Shown here piece after piece: positions 46,401-56,649 of a stretch of 60,074 bases of DNA; position 1 is the stretch's first letter, and the number at the start of each line of letters is the position of its first letter. The stretch covers positions 1 to 60,074 of IMG/VR virus record IMGVR_UViG_3300031965_000030. One strand, written 5' to 3'. Source of the stretch: a virus. Its lineage: Duplodnaviria; Caudoviricetes. The position numbers were made by a program, and so were the translations under genes. The notes below the pieces were generated by a model that was not told the DNA's origin, did no database searches, and saw only the letters and a list, made by a program, of their open reading frames with translations.

Positions 46401-47166
46401 AGGTATAATCTGTAAATTTAGTAGCAGCAGAAAATGATTGATCAATTGCAGTAGCAACAGAATAATAAATATTTACCACTTCATTATCATCAGAACCAGA
46501 ATCAACATAGGCAAACCACAACCAAATTGTTCCATCCTCTTCTTCCATTAAAGAAGGACTTCTTATGGCATTAGCCTCTTCCAGTCCAGAAGGTGTTATA
46601 ACTGATTCTGAACTCCAAGTTATGCAGTCAGATGATGTTCTTAAATAAATATTATAAACATCAGATACATTTTTTGAATACACAAGGGCAAATGTATCAT
46701 CACTTAATTTTATTACATAATGAGAACTTGTCCAATCAGTATTTTGAAAAGCAGTTCCACTATATAAAATACTCCCAGACACATCTATAATGTAATACAT
46801 AAAAATATAATTGGGGTCTGAATAATATCTTAACAATATTGCTATAGAAGAATCTTCACGTTCTACTAATTCCGCTTCGGCATCCCCAGTAAAGGGTCCA
46901 AAAACTACTTGTGAAGAAAATTCTGTTCTATTCACATCACTATAAATATAATTTATGTTCCTTCCAGCATTATCTGTGTAAACCACCAAAACATTACCAG
47001 CACTATAAATTATTGTGTGTGGTTTTTCATAATCATCTAATGCTGTCAAATCCTTACCAATTAATGGTATTGCCTCACCAATACTCTTTGACACTATTTC
47101 TATTATTGGTTTTCTACTTACATTATTTTGAACAGCAGCTAAAGTTTCATCTAATGTTAGTGGCAT
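43483..47166 (-). CDS. large tail tip/hub protein with beta-propeller regions
   Basis: 1227 aa, beta-rich, two genes after the tape measure gene; hub-like C-terminus. Confidence 0.7.
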   Translation of the reverse strand: MPLTLDETLAAVQNNVSRKPIIEIVSKSIGEAIPLIGKDLTALDDYEKPHTIIYSAGNVLVVYTDNAGRNINYIYSDVNRTEFSSQVVFGPFTGDAEAELVEREDSSIAILLRYYSDPNYIFMYYIIDVSGSILYSGTAFQNTDWTSSHYVIKLSDDTFALVYSKNVSDVYNIYLRTSSDCITWSSESVITPSGLEEANAIRSPSLMEEEDGTIWLWFAYVDSGSDDNEVVNIYYSVATAIDQSFSAATKFTDYTSAGMLGDNPKSYQINSTTMNMVFNLQMNSLYIDTSDPLWPVSTFQDDNVTDGHYDPETGKLYVINSYDGGGGSYLHSIVEIDVATWGITDYWDEFTSPALNELYFVSSSTGWNNKFGAGKWIPVLSRTSNCFAIINTLTETIAQYNFWDNATYSLTKNISHPYVSGFTIVSMFIDEANARVYVALTNPSIYNRWMLIGYISLVDVGPEYTWFSLVTESAVQGEGELRSLNSNGEFGFDEIADLIWTCSKSYIPQVTGHIRIWIKSTGDLYKYYTRSTTGFPYLGVNHVCYYNGKIYCSFPYSDYNMLEREKRGLCEINLGNDIIKFHRPTHATKDEYDIKKITAYIDDKLLVATVDGLLIFDTATETWEIYNNTSVPGLFPESNNQVDTLLGFDEDTGQIYVAPYIGGVLNINPGNIFNTIYYSIGTKTGSWGFSESTELVSGTSDSDANVSLEPTTNAMYVFWTNLDTSDDSTKVRWDKEQASYDLTQHLTNDEISISRSIDGALNTLKFNVSLGHLFDPYNSTSLLSIFLVKGRKITVRIGEEISGIDYLQNQGSFIINEASISYVKGSAPKMMVTAQDKRIFWDVNKIVATESYSATPENIFLDLITEFGDMEAGEIDVPEIPTSFTIVHQWVDSDLKSIVNDLSNRFGYFSRIDEDDNFTIRPISNDNDTDNTYTDLSTCIEFSPTYEFSDFINSVVVSGEEQDFTEIILEEERLSVLSGTVGWWGFKKDFYIYYSEDKSKRAKYPRLEVLETATSIAFQLAGGIDEEISFVDTVENQYCIVTITAPNLIPMLIAAIGGYLMATRIPDGLSIWSDSTISIGRTVEGISLQLALMILGSIGNFQYEIWGSPVGYVRRSVQADANDMEMQRLIGRTVIDQIEGFLTHTVAQCQEVADFELLITKLQRRRVKFKKVTNLQDQEGDTIVIPHPYTGLPLRIFITDLNRKYKKPGIKGNDGYILDDCEGWVLL

Positions 47167-47167
47167 A

Positions 47168-47542
47168 TTACACCTGACTCATAATTAAAAGATTTAATTT
47201 CACATTCTTTCTAATTACATCTGTTCCTGTGGTCTTACTTACATAATAAATACCATCAAAATCTTTTATACGCACATTATATGTGTTTGTGGAATTATTT
47301 GGATTAAACACAACTTCATCATCAGCTTGATACAGCGTATTAATTGCTGCAAATTGTGCTTCGGGCATCCACTCCCATTCAAGAGGAATTTCCTGTCCAA
47401 CAATTTGTGGACCCCAACTAAAGTAAGCAATTCCAGAATAAGTCTCAATAACAGAATTAATGACTTTAGGTTTTATTACTGGAAAACTTATTTTTGGATT
47501 ATATGTAAATGTAACGTCACCTAAAGTCATTAATCCTTCCAT
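47168..47542 (-). CDS. distal tail protein-like
   Basis: Small gene directly after the tape measure gene. Confidence 0.55.
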   Translation of the reverse strand: MEGLMTLGDVTFTYNPKISFPVIKPKVINSVIETYSGIAYFSWGPQIVGQEIPLEWEWMPEAQFAAINTLYQADDEVVFNPNNSTNTYNVRIKDFDGIYYVSKTTGTDVIRKNVKLNLLIMSQV

Positions 47543-47554
47543 AATACTTTCTCC

Positions 47555-50500
47555 TTATATACCTGCATATTTTTTAAGTTTATCAATTACTACTTGCTCT
47601 AAATCACTTCTTAATTCTGATACAAATGAATTATCAAATCCTGTACCATTTACATTTATTGGTATACTTAGTTGAAAACTTGCGGCACCTTGTTTCATCA
47701 AATTATATTCACTATCAGGAACAACATGCTCATTTCCATTTTCCCCCAACAAATATGAATCACCAGAACGTAAACCTCTACCAATAACTGGTTCTGTTAT
47801 TTTTCCACCACCAGCCATAGCATAATCAAACATGCTATAATCCCTCCCAAGATTATAATTACTATCAGTATATGACGGTTTTGTTTCCCCACCAAGGCTA
47901 TACCTGGATGCATCCACCGGCCCTTTTACCGGGTTTCCTGATAAGTTAAAACCACCATCAGACATAAGTTTATTCACAGAAGATTTAACAGTATCAATTC
48001 CACCTTTGCTAATAAAACTCCCTGCAAGGTTACTGATGACCCCCATTATTCCACCAGCGCCATTATCAGAATATGATGTAATTCCACCACCGTCAAACAT
48101 TCCAGCAAAAAATCCCTTCATTGATTCTAGTATGCCTTTAACCCCATCCTTTAAACCAGTAAGTACCTTAGAAAACCAGCCCTCCATTTTTATCCACCCG
48201 GTACGAATTTCACCAGTTACTTTTTCCCATATAGTCATTGTAGATGCTTCTGCTGGATTCTTTTTCCCTGCCTCCCCAAGAATAGCCCCACCTTTTGATA
48301 TTAATCTATCCTTAATAGGATTTATCAAGTATTCTTGAAATACAGCACTAAGCAACTGTTTTTGTATATTTTTTGAAAGTTCAGCAATACTATTTCCCAA
48401 ACTGGTTCCAAAGTTATCAAAATCCATGGTGGCGTCTGCAAGTGCATCTGAAAATCCATCCACCCAGTCTAAAGTGAGATCCTTCATTTTTTTCCAGAAT
48501 GGTTCCTGGATATCTCTTAAATTTAGTTCATACAAAATACCCAAATTTTTCAAATGTTCTTTTACTGCATCTTCATACTGATCCATCATCTTTTGTTGTT
48601 CTTCTGTGGCTATTCCATGTGCCCCTTTTATTTTCTTTGCTTTAAATTCCGCTAAATCAGCTTCAAGTGCTTTTATATCCCTATTATATTTTTCTCTTAA
48701 CTTAATTTCCTCTGCAAATCTTTTCATTCTTGGACTACTAGAAGTAGCTAATGTTTCTGCGTATGAATCTATAGAAGCACTAATTTCATTTTGTATTTTT
48801 AATTGCTCATTTATTCTTTTTATTTGTAAAGCCTCTTTTTCCTTCTCTATAGCAATTTTCTCTGCTATGGCTAATAAATCAATATATTTCTTACGTTGTT
48901 CATCCGTAAGATTAACCATTTTTTCCATATTCAATTTCATTTTTTCAAATTTAGCTTCAATTTTTTCAAATTCGTTCGCTGTTCCCTTTATTTCTAATGC
49001 CGCAACAAGACGTTCAAATTCTTCTGCATTTTCCTTTGCTACTTCATCTATTCCCATTTGTAAAAAGTCATTCAATGCTTTATTCAATGCATCCATTTTA
49101 TCCTTAGCATAACCATTGGTAACACCCATTTTTTCAACTTCAATGGCTAAATTTTTAAACCTTTTATCTAATTCATCAATTCTTGTTTTTGGTTTTACAT
49201 TCATTGATTCCAGTAAATGTTCATAAGCTGCTTTTTGATTAGCTGTTTCCGCATTTACTTTTTTGGTATAATCAGAAATATCTTTGGCACGTTTATCCTG
49301 CAAAGATTTCTCATAACTATACACCATTTCAAGCAATTCCATATGTCCAGAAAATGCCTGTTGAATGGCTTCTTCTTGCTCGGCAGTAAATTTCTCACCA
49401 GATTTCAAATACTCATTGTAACGAGCAGTCATGTAATCAAGAACTTCCTTGGTTCTTATTTTAAGATCAGAATAATCATCCATCTTAATTTTAAAATCAT
49501 ATTCTATCTTTTTTATTCCATCAAATGATCCACTTGTAGCGGATTCAATTTGTTTTTGTAATTTTTGGGCATCTTCAAATAAATCAATATGTGGCAATCT
49601 CCATATTGATTCATCTAATTTATCCACTGCTTGTACCGTTTCTTCTATACTTCCGCGCAACCTCATGGAGGACATTTTAATAGAATCAAATCTATCACCA
49701 AAACGATACAAATCATCAAACACACTTTTTGGAATTCCTGCAACATCTGCAAATGCCCCAGAGAAATCCCCCCTCAAGGCTTTACCAATAGAAGTGACCA
49801 TTGTAAAAATATTTTTAAGCCTTCCCAAAAATAATTGAGCTGCTGAAACCAACACACCCATAATTTGATTTATTGCATAAAAACCATTATAAATTTGATC
49901 CACATTATTTTTGGAAGTGGTAAAAATACTCCCAATAGAGGAAGTCAAACTTACTATATTATCTAATAGCAATCTAATAGATTCAATTATGTTACCAATA
50001 ACGTGAGCAAACATTTCTCCACGTTTAGTAAGGGTGCCATCAACTATATTGAAAAGTGATTCATTTATATCCTTAATATTTTGTGCAAATAACTCTAAAG
50101 AGTTTTCTGCACCAATACGTTTCATTCTTGACCATATAACACCTAATTGATTTACTTGTGTTGCATATTCATCCGACAATTCTTTGTTCATTTGTGCAAA
50201 TGGTTTAAGAGATTCAGAAAGAGCATCAATCATGTTCTTTCCGTTTCTTTTGGCATCAGCCAATGTCTTTTTAATATCAATCCCCATCATTTTAAACATC
50301 ATAGCAAGCTGATCAGTTGCCCTTTGGCGTCCCTGAATAACGGCATAAAGTTCCTGACGCATTTGAACACCCGCATTAGCCATACCTTCAGTTAATGCCT
50401 TAATAGCCGTACCAATTGTTGCAATTTTAGATAGATCTTTTTGTGGATCAGGAATCATACCGGCTTGTGTAAATGTTTTCACAAGCATAGTCATATCTTC

Positions 50501-52819
50501 CATTGTCAAAATAGTTCTTGCTGCTTGAAGTTCCATTTGGTTCATAAGGTTACGGGAATAAGAATATGCCGTTTTATATGCTTTAGACGTATCCCCAAGC
50601 ATTGAGAACAGCATAGAAGATGCAATAGACATTGAGTCTTTTCTATACTGCTGTATTTCATTTAAAACACCAGTAAAAATTTTCTTAACAAATCGTGCTG
50701 CCTGTGTGGCCAAATAAATTACTGCTGCAACTTGCCAACGGAAATTTCTAATAGCCTCCCATCCAACAGACAACATACTTTTTCTTGATTTGGTTGTTAC
50801 TGTTTCAAGTTCTATAGTTGCTTTTTTTGCCATTCTTGATGATTCCATCATGAATGATTTCATTTGTTCATGCGCTTTTTTCATCTGTTCTATTTGTGCA
50901 GTTGTATCAACACCACCCAAACCACGTTTATTTAAATCAGAAAGTTTTCTTATATCCTGCTGAAGTTTAATTACTTTATTTTGAAATTCAATAACAGAAG
51001 CCTTCATAGACTCTGCTTTTGTTTTAAAATCCATTACTGTTCTACCAGTTATGAATTTTCTTCTATTTATTGAATCAAATTCTTTATTTAAATTGTCAAT
51101 TTGTGATTTAAGTTCCTTTTTAAAATTATCCGGTGTTTTTAACTTATTGAATGCTGTAGTTATATCCCTAACCATAGCTTCTGCTGATGCTTTAATATTT
51201 GCTCGTAATGTTCCCGTATCAGGTAAAGCAATTTGAGACGTACTTTTCCTCAAATCTCTTATTTGTTGTTCAAGCAATGTCTGATATTCATTTAACTGCT
51301 GTCTTTTTTCATTATTTGTTTCTGTTACCATACTCAAACGTGCTTTTTGTGCCTCTTTTTCTATTTCTGTAATTTCTTTCTCAATTTTCTGCTTCTTACC
51401 AATAAATTCCTTTTCAAGAGTTTCTATTTTTGTCAGTCTATCCTGTGCTATTTTTATATTTTCAATGTTTCCACCGGTGGTCAGATTTGGCATTCCATTT
51501 TTTGATAATGAAACTATTTTGCTTTTTAAATTATTAAGAATATTTTCTAATTCAATTGCTCGTGTTTTTATATCTTCAACAGGTAAAATTGTACTAGCTA
51601 CAGCTTTTACCTCTTTAAATTCATTTTTAAATTTGTCAAAACTTTTTAAGACATCCTTTAACGCTTCCTGTTCCTTTGTGGTATCAATCATACCAGTAGA
51701 TTGTAATTCTTTAGCTGCTGCAAGTAACTCATAAACTCTTTGAATATTTTCAGCCAGTACATTACGAAGTTCAGCACCAGATGCAACACTCCTGGTAAAA
51801 CTGGCACTCATACCCTTTGCAGCCAATGTATATGAATTCCTTAAATTATCAAGAATTAATTCATAATTCATTTTAAACTGTTTTTCATCTATTTCTAAAT
51901 GAATTTTTTCCTTTGTTTTTTCAGCACCACGCATAGTTGTAGTGCTTAAACTACGGATTTTATTCTGTAACTGTGCTACTTGTTCTTCACTCATTCTGTA
52001 TTGTGCATCAACTTCTTTAAGATTCTGCAAAGTCTTTTTATAATAAGCCTCATTTGATTGTGCCATTTTTAAATTGGTCTGCTGCAACATTGCTGTTCTT
52101 GCTTGTTGTACCTGCTTTTCAGCATCAACCAATCTTTTAGCCTGTTCCTTTACTGCTTTTTCAACAACTGCTAATTGTTCCTTTGCTTCTGAAATCTTCT
52201 TTGTTCCTGTGGATACATCTTCAATAGCACCATTTTTACGAATTCTATTTTGTGCCGTCTTTATTTCTGCTTCTAAATTTTCAACTGTTTTCCTAATCGC
52301 TGTTACTGAATTCTTAGCCCCCCTAACCAGAATGTCAGAAGAATCCTGTGCCATTTTTCCAAGTTTTACATTCATAGAAGAAGCCGATTTAATTACATCA
52401 GCTTCAGCCTTTTCCATTTGTGCTGTTATTGCTAATGCTTTAACATCACCACTTTGGTCACTACTAAAAATAGCTGCTATTCTTTTCTGTGCTGAAATCA
52501 AATTATCAATTGATTTCATTTGTTCCCTGTATATTTTATCACCATCAGATTGTACTTGGCGCATTGCTGCACGAGTGGAGTTAGTAGACGATAAAATGCT
52601 GCTCTGCGCTTTAGATACCATGCCAGCAAGATTATTAGAAACCTGCTTATACATGGTATTTATGCTGCCCTCCATAGTTCTTGAAATATTACTTATTCCA
52701 GAACTAAAACGGGAGTAATGAGACATATCAGATTTTAATTTTGTCTCAAAATTTGAGACAAGATTTAGAACAAGCTCTTCTACTGTTTGTCCATTAGCTC
52801 CACTCGTGCCATCAGCCAT
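47555..52819 (-). CDS. tail tape measure protein
   Basis: 1754-aa helical protein after the chaperones; C-terminal AGGG...GENGNE motif. Confidence 0.9.
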   Translation of the reverse strand: MADGTSGANGQTVEELVLNLVSNFETKLKSDMSHYSRFSSGISNISRTMEGSINTMYKQVSNNLAGMVSKAQSSILSSTNSTRAAMRQVQSDGDKIYREQMKSIDNLISAQKRIAAIFSSDQSGDVKALAITAQMEKAEADVIKSASSMNVKLGKMAQDSSDILVRGAKNSVTAIRKTVENLEAEIKTAQNRIRKNGAIEDVSTGTKKISEAKEQLAVVEKAVKEQAKRLVDAEKQVQQARTAMLQQTNLKMAQSNEAYYKKTLQNLKEVDAQYRMSEEQVAQLQNKIRSLSTTTMRGAEKTKEKIHLEIDEKQFKMNYELILDNLRNSYTLAAKGMSASFTRSVASGAELRNVLAENIQRVYELLAAAKELQSTGMIDTTKEQEALKDVLKSFDKFKNEFKEVKAVASTILPVEDIKTRAIELENILNNLKSKIVSLSKNGMPNLTTGGNIENIKIAQDRLTKIETLEKEFIGKKQKIEKEITEIEKEAQKARLSMVTETNNEKRQQLNEYQTLLEQQIRDLRKSTSQIALPDTGTLRANIKASAEAMVRDITTAFNKLKTPDNFKKELKSQIDNLNKEFDSINRRKFITGRTVMDFKTKAESMKASVIEFQNKVIKLQQDIRKLSDLNKRGLGGVDTTAQIEQMKKAHEQMKSFMMESSRMAKKATIELETVTTKSRKSMLSVGWEAIRNFRWQVAAVIYLATQAARFVKKIFTGVLNEIQQYRKDSMSIASSMLFSMLGDTSKAYKTAYSYSRNLMNQMELQAARTILTMEDMTMLVKTFTQAGMIPDPQKDLSKIATIGTAIKALTEGMANAGVQMRQELYAVIQGRQRATDQLAMMFKMMGIDIKKTLADAKRNGKNMIDALSESLKPFAQMNKELSDEYATQVNQLGVIWSRMKRIGAENSLELFAQNIKDINESLFNIVDGTLTKRGEMFAHVIGNIIESIRLLLDNIVSLTSSIGSIFTTSKNNVDQIYNGFYAINQIMGVLVSAAQLFLGRLKNIFTMVTSIGKALRGDFSGAFADVAGIPKSVFDDLYRFGDRFDSIKMSSMRLRGSIEETVQAVDKLDESIWRLPHIDLFEDAQKLQKQIESATSGSFDGIKKIEYDFKIKMDDYSDLKIRTKEVLDYMTARYNEYLKSGEKFTAEQEEAIQQAFSGHMELLEMVYSYEKSLQDKRAKDISDYTKKVNAETANQKAAYEHLLESMNVKPKTRIDELDKRFKNLAIEVEKMGVTNGYAKDKMDALNKALNDFLQMGIDEVAKENAEEFERLVAALEIKGTANEFEKIEAKFEKMKLNMEKMVNLTDEQRKKYIDLLAIAEKIAIEKEKEALQIKRINEQLKIQNEISASIDSYAETLATSSSPRMKRFAEEIKLREKYNRDIKALEADLAEFKAKKIKGAHGIATEEQQKMMDQYEDAVKEHLKNLGILYELNLRDIQEPFWKKMKDLTLDWVDGFSDALADATMDFDNFGTSLGNSIAELSKNIQKQLLSAVFQEYLINPIKDRLISKGGAILGEAGKKNPAEASTMTIWEKVTGEIRTGWIKMEGWFSKVLTGLKDGVKGILESMKGFFAGMFDGGGITSYSDNGAGGIMGVISNLAGSFISKGGIDTVKSSVNKLMSDGGFNLSGNPVKGPVDASRYSLGGETKPSYTDSNYNLGRDYSMFDYAMAGGGKITEPVIGRGLRSGDSYLLGENGNEHVVPDSEYNLMKQGAASFQLSIPINVNGTGFDNSFVSELRSDLEQVVIDKLKKYAGI

Positions 52820-52823
52820 GTTT

Positions 52824-53119
52824 TTACCTCTTATATTTTAAAAGTCGTTCTTTCCAGTTTTTATCAGGCGTATTTGAAATCTCAAGATATCCAGTTAATG
52901 CTTTAAGTCTTGTCATCAAAGATTCCGTATATTTAGTATCACAATTAAAAGCGGCGTTAATATCTCTGATAAGGGTTAATCTTCCCTGTATCTCTTCTAT
53001 TTCCGCCGCTTTCACTAAAACATTATATTTTGTATATGAACATGAGGTTAAATCTGATAATGAAATTCCCCCATGGGATACCCGCATTATCTGAATATAT
53101 TCTTTAGCCTGATTTATTA
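52824..53119 (-). CDS. tail assembly chaperone, -1 frameshift extension (gpT-like)
   Basis: The -1 frame is open from the slippery site through VINQAKEYIQI into MRVSHGG. Confidence 0.8.
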
Positions 53120-53530
53120 CTTTTTTTCGTCGTCTTTATCAACAGAACCTGAAACCTCCGAATTAATAAGACTATTAACTTTTGTTGTTAATTTTGTAGG
53201 CCATTCAAGGATTTGTTCTCTGGTAACTGGATTTCCATCGGAATTAACAACTACGGAAGAAATAAATCCAGCTTGAAAATAAATAAAACTTTCAGTCACA
53301 TCTTCCAAATCATCCAAATCTGCGTCTTCCCCTTCCAAGGGAATCCCTTTGGCAATTCTTTGTTCACTGCGTTCTTTTTTCCTTAATTCTCTTTTTGCAT
53401 TAAATTCTTTACCCATGGTATACAACTGAACCGCTTTGGAATTGGTGATTGCCGGAATTTCAAATACATCCCCTTTATACGAGAATTTTTGTCCTTCACC
53501 CAAATCACTAAAATCTAACACTTCGCCCAT
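53117..53530 (-). CDS. tail assembly chaperone (gpG-like)
   Basis: Lies between the tail tube and tape measure genes; ends GAA AAA AAG TAA. Confidence 0.8.
   Translation of the reverse strand: MGEVLDFSDLGEGQKFSYKGDVFEIPAITNSKAVQLYTMGKEFNAKRELRKKERSEQRIAKGIPLEGEDADLDDLEDVTESFIYFQAGFISSVVVNSDGNPVTREQILEWPTKLTTKVNSLINSEVSGSVDKDDEKK
53120..53126 (-). promoter_or_regulatory. programmed -1 frameshift slippery site A AAA AAG
   Basis: Canonical heptamer immediately before the stop; -1 frame open. Confidence 0.82.
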
Positions 53531-53591
53531 TTTTTTCTCCTTTTACTGATTGTTATACGAGATAAGCCAAATTACTTATCCCCGGTGTTTC

Positions 53592-54449
53592 CTATTCTAC
53601 TTTCTTAAAAATCCAACCTTTATGCTGTCTTGCTTTTCCTTTTAAACATGCATATACACTGGAAGAATTTAGACCGTGTTTGTCACAAAATTCATTCACA
53701 TTTTTGGCACTAAATTTTTCTCCCTCTGATGAAATTGCTATAAATGAATGTACACTTCTTGTGTTTTTCAATTGATCTGTTCTTTCAATAAAAGTACAAT
53801 TTTCAAAACAATAATTTCCATTTACATCTAGTCTTTCAATGGAAGCATTTTTTAATTTTTGTTGCCTCACTGCATAAAGATATTTAAAATACATATCTTC
53901 TTTAAAACATTCAAAATCTGCCCATCTTAGGTCATACGTAATTCCTCTCCCACCATAATTTTTATAACATTTCAAATTCAGGTTGTCACATCTTGCCTTT
54001 AAAGATTGCCACATTTTATAAAACTTCATTGTGCCTTTATCATATTCAGTATTCCAAAAACCATGCTTAATGACTTTATCCTTGTGTAAACAACCACAAC
54101 TTTTTGTTTTCCCAAAAGTTAAATTATCACTTCTAACCTCTATAATTTCCCCACAAGTGCATTTGCATTTCCAAAAATAGATCGTTTTATGATTTTTCTT
54201 CCCAACACATTCCAAAACTGTTAAACGCCCAATTCTTTTTCCTTTTAAGTCTTTTGGTTTTCTTACTTTTTTTGCCATTTCTTTTTTAAAACAACCACAA
54301 CTTTTTGTAATTCCTTGTCTTAAACTATTGGCCACTACATTTGTTGTATTTCCACAATTACATTTACATAACCAATGACTTTTTCCTTTGTAATCAACAA
54401 CTGTTAATCCCCCAAATTTTTGTCCTATTAAATCTGTTAATCTTGACAT
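53592..54449 (-). mobile_element. free-standing HNH-like homing endonuclease gene
   Basis: Two DLxGxxxGxLTV...WxCxCxCG...KSCGC repeats; YGGRGI, SIERLDVNGNYCFENC; NUMOD1-like C-terminus. Confidence 0.85.
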
Positions 54450-54461
54450 GCTAGTGCTCTC

Positions 54462-54543
54462 CTTAGTTTGTGTTATGAAGTAGGTAGGACTTTCTCCTAC
54501 CTACTTCCTTCATTCCTTGTTAAATAGTCTAACACAAACTAAG
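54462..54543 (-). promoter_or_regulatory. nested hairpin leader overlapping the RBS of the endonuclease gene
   Basis: Outer 14-bp stem 54462-54475/54530-54543; inner 13-bp stem 54477-54489/54495-54507. Confidence 0.7.
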
Positions 54544-54563
54544 TTAAGTTGTAAACCCTACAA

Positions 54564-55073
54564 TTAAGACGACGAAAATCCGCCTATTCTAAAAAGCTGG
54601 TCATTCGCTGTTCTTGAGTCATCAATCAAACCAACAAACTTACATTGAAAAACTCGCTGCTCATTAGCATAAGCAATTTCAATTGCACCACCAATGTTTG
54701 GAGCTGCTTTGTAAATTTGAACAATATCGGTTCCATCAATAGGCTCAAGAACCAATTCCCCTGTGGTAATTGCACCACCAACAGGCTTACCAAAAGTAAG
54801 ATAAGTAGTTTCATCAGTAGCAGATGCAAAAAGCATTTTCAAGTTCTCAAGGGTGCTTTCAGTGAGATTTACCGTGGCTTCAATGGCAACACCTGCATCA
54901 AGAACTTTTACCGGGGTTTCCCCATACTGATCAGATTTAAGTTCATAAACAGACTGAGTAACGGAAAGGCTTACCCCTCCGTAAGTATGCCCTATGTGTC
55001 TACCGGCAAAATAGACATAACAGGGACCAATGGAAATATTGTCACTATCGAAAGTGGTTGCATATTGCGTCAT
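54564..55073 (-). CDS. major tail tube protein
   Basis: ISIGPCYVYF...GHTYGGV...DQYG...NLTE...ENL; position after the tail terminator. Confidence 0.8.
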   Translation of the reverse strand: MTQYATTFDSDNISIGPCYVYFAGRHIGHTYGGVSLSVTQSVYELKSDQYGETPVKVLDAGVAIEATVNLTESTLENLKMLFASATDETTYLTFGKPVGGAITTGELVLEPIDGTDIVQIYKAAPNIGGAIEIAYANEQRVFQCKFVGLIDDSRTANDQLFRIGGFSSS

Positions 55074-55170
55074 GTGTTTTTCTCCTTATAAACAAATTAT
55101 TTAACCTTACAATTTTCCTGTCTTTTCCCCTGATATTTCTAAAAGAGGTTTGTTTTAAAAACTTTCTCTT

Positions 55171-55614
55171 TTAGACTGTTCTTAAAAATATATTAGTAAA
55201 CGCAAAAGTTGTATTTTTTACATATATAGGGAATGTTGGGCTTCCAAGTGGTTCCCCATCAGAACTTGAAATAAGTTCTATATATTTAACACTATAATTA
55301 TCCGTTTCTAAACTGCTGTTGTCAAATAAATTCTTTAGAGCTTCATTTATTTGATTCAAAACCAATTCATCAATGGAAAGAATTCTAAAGTAAATTGCCT
55401 CCTTTGATTTTTGATTTGGATATGACCATTTATAAGGTCTACCATTTTCTGATATACGAAATAAAATAGCTGCTGGAATATCTGTAGTGTATGTGATATC
55501 AAATGCAGGATACCAACTGTAAATCCTTTTATCAGCATCTACAGCACCTAATGCGGCTTTAATTGTTGCATCAGCATAAATTGTATCCACAATTTCTTTT
55601 GCTATTTCTAACAT
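55171..55614 (-). CDS. tail terminator/completion protein
   Basis: Size and position; IYADATIKAAL...RIY. Confidence 0.65.
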   Translation of the reverse strand: MLEIAKEIVDTIYADATIKAALGAVDADKRIYSWYPAFDITYTTDIPAAILFRISENGRPYKWSYPNQKSKEAIYFRILSIDELVLNQINEALKNLFDNSSLETDNYSVKYIELISSSDGEPLGSPTFPIYVKNTTFAFTNIFLRTV

Positions 55615-55622
55615 AAAATTTC

Positions 55623-56300
55623 CTATTTAAAATAAACACGAAAATAAATAGCTTTTCCAAATGCCTTTCTTCTTGATGCTCTGCGTACTGCTCTGTGAAG
55701 GGTTTCTTTTACTTTTGCCCTAATAATTGGTTTTAATTCATTTATGGTATCTTCATACCATGGTTTTGCTTCAATTCTGCTGGTTCCTTTACTTAACATG
55801 GTGGCATAATCAACTACAGAAGTTTTACTTCCACCACCACCCTCAGAGACAAATAATTTTCCCCCGGCATAAAATAGGGTTTCTAATTCTGTTCCAGTGG
55901 AATTAAAAATACCAACTTTAAGTTTTCCATCTCCGATAATCTCAAATGATATGGATTCCATCAATGTTCCTGTTGGTACCCCCGCTCTTCCTGGCATTGA
56001 ATTTGGTGGATCACCAGATGCGGAAGCTGTGTAGGAACCAATATCTTCATATTTATGCTCACCAGAACCAACCAGTATAATCCTATATGTTCTTCCTGAA
56101 GGTTTACTTGATGCAATAACATGTTTAAGAGCTGTCACAATGAAATCACCAAGCCAATAACTTAAATCTTTCATTTCTTCATCAATAGAGTCCAAAACTG
56201 GATTTAAAATATTACTCACTATAGATTTTCCAAGTTTACTTTTTATAACAACACTATTCAATCTAAGTTTTGTTTCCAGTATGTCATTGTGAATTCCCAT
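55623..56300 (-). CDS. neck/tail completion protein (HK97 gp10-like)
   Basis: TGTLMESI...YA...GTSRIEAKPW. Confidence 0.7.
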   Translation of the reverse strand: MGIHNDILETKLRLNSVVIKSKLGKSIVSNILNPVLDSIDEEMKDLSYWLGDFIVTALKHVIASSKPSGRTYRIILVGSGEHKYEDIGSYTASASGDPPNSMPGRAGVPTGTLMESISFEIIGDGKLKVGIFNSTGTELETLFYAGGKLFVSEGGGGSKTSVVDYATMLSKGTSRIEAKPWYEDTINELKPIIRAKVKETLHRAVRRASRRKAFGKAIYFRVYFK

Positions 56301-56301
56301 T

Positions 56302-56649
56302 TTACAATTCCTGTAAACTTAAAAAAGCTTCAATGTGGTGTTTAGCTATACCTCCAAATACTGAATTTGGAACTTTTATATAAAGTGTAATACCTTCCCA
56401 AACTATTTTATCACCTGATAATATTCCAGCATCTTTTTCAAAAAATCCAATATACTCGTTTTTGTTCATTAAACCACTGGGATCTTGCTCCAATTTTGCT
56501 GAAGTTGAATTTAAATACTGTATATTACATTCAACAGCGGATTTTCCGGTTACTAATACCCAGGTATTTCTACTTTGCCCATAATCATTTTCTGTTCTGG
56601 TTTTTCTATAAACAGCACATGTTTGATTAAGTAATGATTTGAAAGACAT
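56302..56649 (-). CDS. head closure protein
   Basis: LLNQTCAVYR...DYG...W; HHIE; synteny. Confidence 0.7.
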   Translation of the reverse strand: MSFKSLLNQTCAVYRKTRTENDYGQSRNTWVLVTGKSAVECNIQYLNSTSAKLEQDPSGLMNKNEYIGFFEKDAGILSGDKIVWEGITLYIKVPNSVFGGIAKHHIEAFLSLQEL

